DNA of 32,000 bases from Methylophaga frappieri (GTDB taxonomy: Bacteria; Pseudomonadota; Gammaproteobacteria; Nitrosococcales; Methylophagaceae). Below, in pieces: positions 25,999-32,000 of this stretch; position 1 is the stretch's first letter, and each line of letters starts with the position of its first letter. The stretch covers positions 1,530,001-1,562,000 of the forward strand of contig NC_017856.1 in the NCBI RefSeq assembly GCF_000260965.1. Direction: 5' to 3'. The position numbers were made by a program, and so were the translations under genes. The notes under the pieces are model-generated. The model was not told the origin of the DNA, searched no databases, and worked only from the letters and a program-made list of their open reading frames with translations.

Positions 25999-27020
25999 TG
26001 CGCGCTATCCGCCGTTGTGGATTCATCCTGCTGATGTGTGCGCCGCTCATGAGCCATGCTGGAACCATCTCCACCACGGAAATCGTCTCCCAGACCACGA
26101 GTGCCGCGCTCAGCTGTATGCGCTGGATGCCCGTGGGGATGTGCTTTTGGCTGCGCTGTTCCATTTACGAATGCGATGTCGAGACCTCAATCAAAGTTGG
26201 CCATTACCAGCCGGATGCGGTGGTGAGCAGTTACAACGAACTTGGTAGCAATCCCTGGACAGAGATTCGCAGCATTCTTGGAGCCGCCCAAAGTTCCGCC
26301 GCGACAGGACTGCTCGGTAGCTTGCTGGCCGTGCCCATCGAGAGCGCCGGGAATCGAACGGAAGGTGGGCAGGGCAACAAGGATCACCGCAATCTGATCT
26401 TTCGGGAGACCGATGTCATTGGCCACCCTTTAGGTTCGCTGTCGGGTGTCCTCGCTGGTACCGGCTATTTGTGTGAATCGGAAACCACCTCCTTTTATCC
26501 CTATTTCATGTCGAGCCTGGATGCACTCTCCTGGCGGATGGAAATCCCGGAGATGTTCTATCCAGCGAGCCTGATCCCCGGTCTGCGGGAAATCGGTAAT
26601 TGGCCATCGCAAACCTGGGGTGGTGTCTACCCCAGAACAGGCTGGACCACACAGGCAGAGGAACCCAAGGCCGCAGCAATCAATGCGCAGCGAGCCGGGG
26701 ATATCGTGACCCGGAACGGTCAGCCGCACATTTACGATCAGATCGAACCGTCTTCCAGCTCCGACCAGCGGATTTGGTCGCCGGGTCCATTGGTTGAAGA
26801 CGATCCCGCCACCGGTGAGTGGCAGATGTTGCTCCCCAAAGCAGAATCAAGCTGCGCTGTTTTTGGCACCAACGATCTCGCTAGCGCCAATGGTTGGGGT
26901 GGTGGCCGCGTGGACGAGGAGGGTGATTACGCCTGGAACCTGTGGAGGCCTTATCAGTGCTGTGAAAAAGAAGGTCAGTTTTTTCTGTTCGACATCAACT
27001 GGATCGATTACCCGCCATGA
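25995..27020 (+). CDS. Secreted ICE protein (TIGR03756-type)
   Basis: The ATG at 25995 overlaps the upstream TGA (ATGA) and follows GGGGAGG. It gives the signal peptide MMRAIRRCGFILLMCAPLMSHA. Confidence 0.65.
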   Translation: MMRAIRRCGFILLMCAPLMSHAGTISTTEIVSQTTSAALSCMRWMPVGMCFWLRCSIYECDVETSIKVGHYQPDAVVSSYNELGSNPWTEIRSILGAAQSSAATGLLGSLLAVPIESAGNRTEGGQGNKDHRNLIFRETDVIGHPLGSLSGVLAGTGYLCESETTSFYPYFMSSLDALSWRMEIPEMFYPASLIPGLREIGNWPSQTWGGVYPRTGWTTQAEEPKAAAINAQRAGDIVTRNGQPHIYDQIEPSSSSDQRIWSPGPLVEDDPATGEWQMLLPKAESSCAVFGTNDLASANGWGGGRVDEEGDYAWNLWRPYQCCEKEGQFFLFDINWIDYPP

Positions 27021-28357
27021 TCAAACACAACCCTATTCACTGTCTGCTGATCGCTTTGGCCGTCGCTATTGTCCCCGACAGCTATGCCGCTCAGGCGCCC
27101 ACGGAAGATGGGCTGTGGTATTACGAGATCGGTGGCGCCGAACCGGTCTCGGTACCGGCCAATCCTGCTGTGGTCTCCACGACATTGGGAGGCTCTGCCC
27201 AACTGGGACTCGGCTACAGCTGCGGCAAGTTCGATCCGGTGGCGGCGGTCACCAATACCCTGAACGACATCGGTTCCGGTGTCGACAACATGATGAACGC
27301 CATGACGGCAGCGGCCACCAGTGCTATTGCGTCGTTACCGGCGCTCATTCTGCAACGAGCCAACCCCGGCCTGTACGATCTCTTCCAGAATGCCCTGATC
27401 AAGGCCGAAGAAACCATGCAGCTGGCGACCAAATCCTGTGAGCAGATGGAGGCCGAAATCGCCCAAGGCAAGAACCCCTACGCCGATCTGATCACTCTAT
27501 CCAAAGGCAACGACTGGAAGGTGCAAATGGGTATAGGCGGCAATGATGCCGTCACCGCCAAAGATACGGTGGAATCCTCTAACGGCGATAACGGTGTGCC
27601 CTGGATCGGCGGGCAGGCCGGAGGAACCGGCCAGCCAGTGCTGGAGTTCACCGGCGATATCGTCGAGGCTGGTTACAACATCAATATGAATCGCGCCGTG
27701 ACTGACGCCAGTCCAGTACCGGCCGCATCGGCCACCCATCTGTCGGAAATCTGGGGGTCGCCTGCCGAAGCCCGGGACTGGACCGTGGATGTGGTGGGCG
27801 AGAATATCGTCACTACCTGCGATACCTGCCGCAAGGACAGCATTCCCGGTACGGGCCTGCTGCCGAAGCTCTATCAGGAATCCGCCACCGTCACCACCGA
27901 GATCCAGAACCTGGTCAGTGGCGCGACACCACCCACTCTGGCTAACCTGGACCAGATCACCGCCCCCGGCGTGGCCATTACCCGCCAGGTGATCGAAGCG
28001 ATCCGCGAGATGCCTGCCTCAGAGCAGAGCCTGATCATGGGCCGACTGGTCTCCGAGATCAGCACTGCGCGCACGGTCGAGAAGGCACTGTACGCCCGCC
28101 GTCTGCTGCTGTCGGGGCGGCAGGTGCCCGAAGTCTATGCCACCGAAGTGGCCCGCGAGCATGCCGACAACTCCATCGCCGAGCTCGATAAAGAAATCGA
28201 AAACCTGCTGTTTGAAACCCGTGTGCGCAAAGAAGTGGTGTCCGACACCGTTGCCACATTACTGGAGCGAGCGGCTGCCAAACGGCAGAGTTCACTTACC
28301 GTACCGGAAGTGCCGACCCTGGATCCCAATCCGTTGCGAGGTGGGCGTGTTCAATAA
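27017..28357 (+). CDS. Secreted ICE protein (TIGR03755-type)
   Basis: ATGA overlap with the upstream gene, the signal peptide IHCLLIALAVAIVPDSYA and a 446-aa length. Confidence 0.65.
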   Translation: MIKHNPIHCLLIALAVAIVPDSYAAQAPTEDGLWYYEIGGAEPVSVPANPAVVSTTLGGSAQLGLGYSCGKFDPVAAVTNTLNDIGSGVDNMMNAMTAAATSAIASLPALILQRANPGLYDLFQNALIKAEETMQLATKSCEQMEAEIAQGKNPYADLITLSKGNDWKVQMGIGGNDAVTAKDTVESSNGDNGVPWIGGQAGGTGQPVLEFTGDIVEAGYNINMNRAVTDASPVPAASATHLSEIWGSPAEARDWTVDVVGENIVTTCDTCRKDSIPGTGLLPKLYQESATVTTEIQNLVSGATPPTLANLDQITAPGVAITRQVIEAIREMPASEQSLIMGRLVSEISTARTVEKALYARRLLLSGRQVPEVYATEVAREHADNSIAELDKEIENLLFETRVRKEVVSDTVATLLERAAAKRQSSLTVPEVPTLDPNPLRGGRVQ

Positions 28358-28715
28358 CCTCCGATCACGGCGAAAAAACTTTCTGCTATGCACCACCATG
28401 GCTGTGTTGCTGACGGGACTGGTGGGGTATCTCCTGATGCATCGATTACAAACGGATTCCGTGCAATCCGTCCAACAATGCATCGATACCTGGCGGACGA
28501 CACTAACAGCCATGCGCTGGACAGTGATCGCCGTCATTGCCTTTGGCTGGAATCATCTGGTTGCCTGGCTGGCTGATGCGGAGATCCTGAACCGGGCCAA
28601 AGCAACCCGGCTAACAGACTTACGCTGGCGCGCCGTCACCTGGTTGGTTTTGCTCGAATTGGTGCTAGGGCAGGGTGTGTTGGTCAACGCCATTGGCTTG
28701 ATGGTTAGAGCTTGA
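28347..28715 (+). CDS. Small membrane protein (hypothetical)
   Basis: Three predicted transmembrane helices. The start is uncertain: GTG at 28341 or 28347 after GAGG, or ATG at 28398. The track start at 28137 lies inside the upstream gene. Confidence 0.45.
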   Translation: MFNNLRSRRKNFLLCTTMAVLLTGLVGYLLMHRLQTDSVQSVQQCIDTWRTTLTAMRWTVIAVIAFGWNHLVAWLADAEILNRAKATRLTDLRWRAVTWLVLLELVLGQGVLVNAIGLMVRA

Positions 28716-28731
28716 TCGTTGGAGCAGGGCA

Positions 28732-30297
28732 ATGAGTGTCGATAGCTATCTGGAGCTCTTTACTTCCCTTTTTGGCTGGACCTTCTACGGCATTCTGTGG
28801 GACGTGCTGGTCAGTACCGGCATCGTCTATCTTCCGTTTCTGGGCATCCTGATCGACAACTGGCGCGAACCGGCGCAGGGCGGTGAGGTGGGCCATGCCA
28901 GTGGCCTCTCACTGCGGCGCATGGAGATCGAGCTGTTCATTGCGCTACTAGTGGTTGTGCTGGCCGGGCAACCCGCTGCCCTCACGCCACTCAATGCCGG
29001 TACCTTGTCCTACTCGCCGCCGCCGACCTTGCTGAATCCAACGCCAACAACCGTGACTGTCGCGGCCCCACAGAGCACCTATGGCACGACCGGCTTCACG
29101 GGTTCTGCCGCAACCGTCAATGTTCCCGTCTGGTGGTACGGTGTGATCGCCCTCAGCTCCGGCCTGAATCACGCCATTGTCGAAGGCCTGCCAACCGTGG
29201 CGGATATGCGCACCTTCGAGCAACAAGCACACCTGGCCACCATCGCCGATCCGCGACTCCGGCAGGAGGTGAGCGATTTCTTCAGCCAGTGCTATATCCC
29301 GGCCCGCTCCAAATACCAGGCTGAACGACCAAACACAGCGGCCATCAATGGCATTCTCACCACCTACGGCGCCGATGACCCCGACTGGATGGGCTCACAC
29401 GTCTACCGGGATACCGCAGGCTTCTACGACACCTTGCGACCGGCCAATCAAATCACCGGCTGGGCTTACAACCCGATCAGGGATACCGAATACGATCCCG
29501 CGACACCGCCCGCCTGGGGCAAACCCTACTGCAAACAGTGGTGGGAGGATGGAGCCATCGGCCTGCGGGAAAAGCTGATCAACGAGGCGGATGCCACCTC
29601 TGCCGGCTTCTCCGGTCTGGTGGTCGCTATTGCGCCGGCACTGGCCAGTGAACAGCAAAACGATGCTGTCGCCAAAACCGTGCTTACCAATGCGCCGCCT
29701 TCCTGGTCGAGCAACGAACTGATCGCCAATAATGCCTCCGGCTCGGGCTTGTTTAATACGGCAGGGAATATCGTCAAAGGCGGCCTGGCGACCGGTGGTG
29801 TGGTCACCGCATCGGCCCTGTTTTCTGTCACCATGACCGCCGTGCTGCAATCATTGCCGATGGTGCAGGCCATACTGCTGCTGGGCATCTATGCTCTGCT
29901 GCCGCTGGTCGTGGTCTTGTCCCGCTACTCCATCGCCATGATGGTAATTGGTGGCATGGCCATCTTCACCATCAAGTTCTGGACAGTGCTCTGGTATCTG
30001 GCTATGTGGGTCGATCAGAACCTGATTCTGTCCATGTACCCGGACGTCAATGTCTTCCTGCAGATCTTCGCCAACCCCGGCGAACACGACGCCAAGCGCA
30101 TGCTGCTGAATATGATTACCACCAGCCTCTATTTGGGATTGCCGTTGCTGTGGAGTGGGATGATGGCGTGGGCAGGTGTGAAAGTAGGGCGGTCGATTGA
30201 CGCCGCAGCGAGCCCCATCAAGGCTCCCGCGCAGGACGCGGGAAACCAGGGGGGAAGTATCGGGAAAATGGCGCTAACCAAGGGCAAGAAGCGTTAA
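28732..30297 (+). CDS. TraG N-terminal-domain conjugal transfer membrane protein
   Basis: A 521-aa polytopic membrane protein with a large periplasmic loop. It occupies the last position of the mating-pair-formation block, as in this ICE class. Confidence 0.65.
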   Translation: MSVDSYLELFTSLFGWTFYGILWDVLVSTGIVYLPFLGILIDNWREPAQGGEVGHASGLSLRRMEIELFIALLVVVLAGQPAALTPLNAGTLSYSPPPTLLNPTPTTVTVAAPQSTYGTTGFTGSAATVNVPVWWYGVIALSSGLNHAIVEGLPTVADMRTFEQQAHLATIADPRLRQEVSDFFSQCYIPARSKYQAERPNTAAINGILTTYGADDPDWMGSHVYRDTAGFYDTLRPANQITGWAYNPIRDTEYDPATPPAWGKPYCKQWWEDGAIGLREKLINEADATSAGFSGLVVAIAPALASEQQNDAVAKTVLTNAPPSWSSNELIANNASGSGLFNTAGNIVKGGLATGGVVTASALFSVTMTAVLQSLPMVQAILLLGIYALLPLVVVLSRYSIAMMVIGGMAIFTIKFWTVLWYLAMWVDQNLILSMYPDVNVFLQIFANPGEHDAKRMLLNMITTSLYLGLPLLWSGMMAWAGVKVGRSIDAAASPIKAPAQDAGNQGGSIGKMALTKGKKR

Positions 30298-30524
30298 TTT
30301 TTTTCGTACCAGCCAGCGGCGTCTGTGCCGTCGTCGAGTTTGCCGGTGCGGTAGTTCATAACGCCTCCACGAACAGTATCAGACGACGTTCTTTCAGCGT
30401 CAGTGTCTGCACCTTCAGCGAAAAAACCAAGCACATCGCGTAGAAAATGGCCGATGGCGGCTATAACCGCAAAGGCAGCCAACAATACTCGGCGAGTACG
30501 GGGTTTTTCCGCTGTAGCGGTCAT
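30294..30524 (-). CDS. Small membrane protein (hypothetical)
   Basis: A strong GAGGAGG lies 4 nt upstream of the ATG on the minus strand. The ATG overlaps the stop of the upstream reading frame (ATGA). There is one transmembrane helix (VLLAAFAVIAAIGHF). Confidence 0.5.
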   Translation of the reverse strand: MTATAEKPRTRRVLLAAFAVIAAIGHFLRDVLGFFAEGADTDAERTSSDTVRGGVMNYRTGKLDDGTDAAGWYEKN

Positions 30525-30799
30525 GATTCCTCCTCAAACTCCACTGAATTAAAGCGCAGGACGTTACAATTTTCCTTGACCGCGCGTTGCATGGATTCGT
30601 CAAATCCGTCACGGCTGCTGGCTTCAATCTCAACCGAAATTTTGACATTGACGCCAAGCTTGGCCGTGAACTGCTGAACGACTTCATCCATGATTGTAGC
30701 AAAGTCCATTTTGGCTTTGACCGGGTCAAGCGAGATGGTTCCGTAAAATTGCTTTTTGGTCGCGGCTGGTGTGGGTTGGCTGTTTTGAATGCTCTCGCG
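30521..30799 (-). pseudogene. 3' fragment of a larger gene (C-terminal ~92 codons only)
   Basis: The minus-strand frame is open from the TAG at 30800-30802 down to the TGA at 30521-30523. It reads RESIQNSQPTPAATKKQFYGTISLDPVKAKMDFATIMDEVVQQFTAKLGVNVKISVEIEASSRDGFDESMQRAVKENCNVLRFNSVEFEEES. The only start codon is an internal ATG at 30709 with no ribosome-binding site. Confidence 0.4.
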
Positions 30800-30826
30800 C
30801 TAGGCCACTACGGCTTTTATTTGCAT

Positions 30827-32000
30827 TTAATTACATTTTGAGCGAATAGCGTTTAAAGCCCATGCTCTGTCAGATGCCGGAGGTGCAGGCCTTTCGCTTA
30901 ATTTTCTCACAGCTTTGTAATATTCATCAAAATCAGCTTCAAATAATTGGCGCTCTTTACTGCTAAGCACCTTGAGGGCTTCTCTTTCAAAACATAAACA
31001 ATATTTTTTACTGGGATCATAGGTGTTCATACAGGACCCATACAATGAAGATTTGGATTTACTACTTTCAGCAACAGCGTTCTCTAAAACAATACCCGCC
31101 TTTTGCAAAGAAGGCTGTCCTTTTGCTGCGCGCAGAAAGTTTTCCCTTAGCTGGTAAACAGCAGATGTCTCGCAGCCACCTGATGATGCGATAAAGCGAG
31201 ACAATTGATGGATGGGTTCATTATTGATTGCGCCGCCTAGAACGTCGGATAAACCGCGTCCCCTTGATATCGAAGTATTTGCCTGACTTTGCAGTGTTCG
31301 TTTCTGTTGCTGCATAAAGCTGGAGACATCATCTTGATAGGCATCGTAGAGCTCAATGAATTTCGGATCAATCAGTGCGCTACGCTCAACCGGAGTATCC
31401 TTATAGCCATCACTGTAAACATTCCATGTGACATATCCTCGCTTTACCGTGTTGGCCGGAAGATAGGGTTTACAGCTATCTGAATAGGCCCATTGCATGG
31501 CTGAAAAATATACTTTGAACGTTTTGGATGATGTATCGCTGAAATTACCCTCAAAAACATCCTTGACCGTACCGCTAAATTGAAGACGATCCCAAAACTC
31601 CTGATCCTTAACCACTTGTTTTCCGAGCGCTGGGTTAATTTCTGGTTTCGTTATAGCAATTTCAGCCTGACGTTTACTTCGAAGGCTGGCAATCGTAGAA
31701 GGCAGTTTCTTTCTTTTTGTATCCTGCGTACCTTTTGCATAATGTATTTTTGGCACCCCTGTTTTTCCAAGTGCCTCATAAGCAGGCCGCATGGGTGATC
31801 TTTGATTTTTTCTCTCAAAATTCAAGCCTGTTATCCATTGTTCCGGCTCTTCAAGGTCTGGATTTGGTGATTGCGTGCTTAGTGGTGAGCCGGAGAAATA
31901 TTCACCTTTCGAATATACAAGAATTCTTAAGTAATTCTTTTCTCGGCGCTCTGGAAACTTCTCATCTACCGGACCAATAATATGCTGATTGACTAGATCA
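30827..32000 (-). CDS. Low-GC hypothetical protein, probably 5'-partial (frame open to the window edge)
   Basis: The track ORF 30827..31825 starts at a TTG. The same frame stays open from 31825 to 31999 (DLVNQHIIGPVDEKFPERREKNYLRILVYSKGEYFSGSPL...) with no ATG or GTG. The gene therefore probably starts beyond 32000. No recognisable motif. Confidence 0.6.
   Translation of the reverse strand, partial: DLVNQHIIGPVDEKFPERREKNYLRILVYSKGEYFSGSPLSTQSPNPDLEEPEQWITGLNFERKNQRSPMRPAYEALGKTGVPKIHYAKGTQDTKRKKLPSTIASLRSKRQAEIAITKPEINPALGKQVVKDQEFWDRLQFSGTVKDVFEGNFSDTSSKTFKVYFSAMQWAYSDSCKPYLPANTVKRGYVTWNVYSDGYKDTPVERSALIDPKFIELYDAYQDDVSSFMQQQKRTLQSQANTSISRGRGLSDVLGGAINNEPIHQLSRFIASSGGCETSAVYQLRENFLRAAKGQPSLQKAGIVLENAVAESSKSKSSLYGSCMNTYDPSKKYCLCFEREALKVLSSKERQLFEADFDEYYKAVRKLSERPAPPASDRAWALNAIRSKCN

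Larger units (their letters stand above)
1..32000. mobile_element. Internal segment of a PFGI-1/ICEclc/PAPI-1-class integrative conjugative element (both ends outside the window)
   Basis: The co-directional gene order is PilL-like, CxxC protein, SLT, TraD, membrane protein, RAQPRD, several small membrane proteins, lipoprotein, VirB4-like ATPase, three secreted proteins and TraG_N. This matches the remembered synteny of this ICE class. The motifs are listed under the individual genes. Confidence 0.8.

Noticed and set aside
1-32000. CRISPR arrays, rRNA or tRNA genes, IS elements or transposases
   Set aside because: No regularly spaced direct repeats, no tRNA cloverleaf candidates and no transposase-like ORFs or terminal inverted repeats were found while reading both strands.

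Overview
This window is an internal segment of a proteobacterial integrative conjugative element (ICE) of the PFGI-1 / ICEclc / PAPI-1 class. GC content was judged by eye, not computed: the backbone is about 58-60% GC. Neither ICE end, a tRNA attachment site nor a relaxase is visible. From left to right: (i) a maintenance or leading-type module at 1-5.8 kb, containing a ParM-like actin ATPase, a DUF3577-like protein, RadC and a small tyrosine recombinase, with unusually hairpin-rich intergenic DNA and an 840-bp ORF-free stretch; (ii) the nearly complete, co-directional mating-pair-formation and coupling-protein block at 5.9-30.3 kb, containing a PilL-like lipoprotein, a CxxC protein, a lytic transglycosylase, TraD, a RAQPRD protein, a VirB4-like ATPase and a TraG_N protein; TIGR family names are assigned from remembered synteny and were not searched. 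Cargo interrupts this block at three places. Slot 1 (11.4-17.0 kb) carries an Xre/RES toxin-antitoxin operon with a translationally coupled DEDDh exonuclease. It also carries a low-GC islet with two overlapping, apparently catalytically intact reverse transcriptases, followed by a 330-nt ORF-free, C-tract-rich region. This is the most interesting locus. It resembles the two-RT DRT type 3 (UG3+UG8+ncRNA) layout, but that match is not verified. Slot 2 (24.6-25.4 kb) is an antisense NERD plus zinc-ribbon gene. Slot 3 (30.3-32 kb) holds a small coupled ORF, a truncated gene fragment and a low-GC orphan ORF that runs off the window. No rRNA, tRNA, CRISPR array or IS element was seen.
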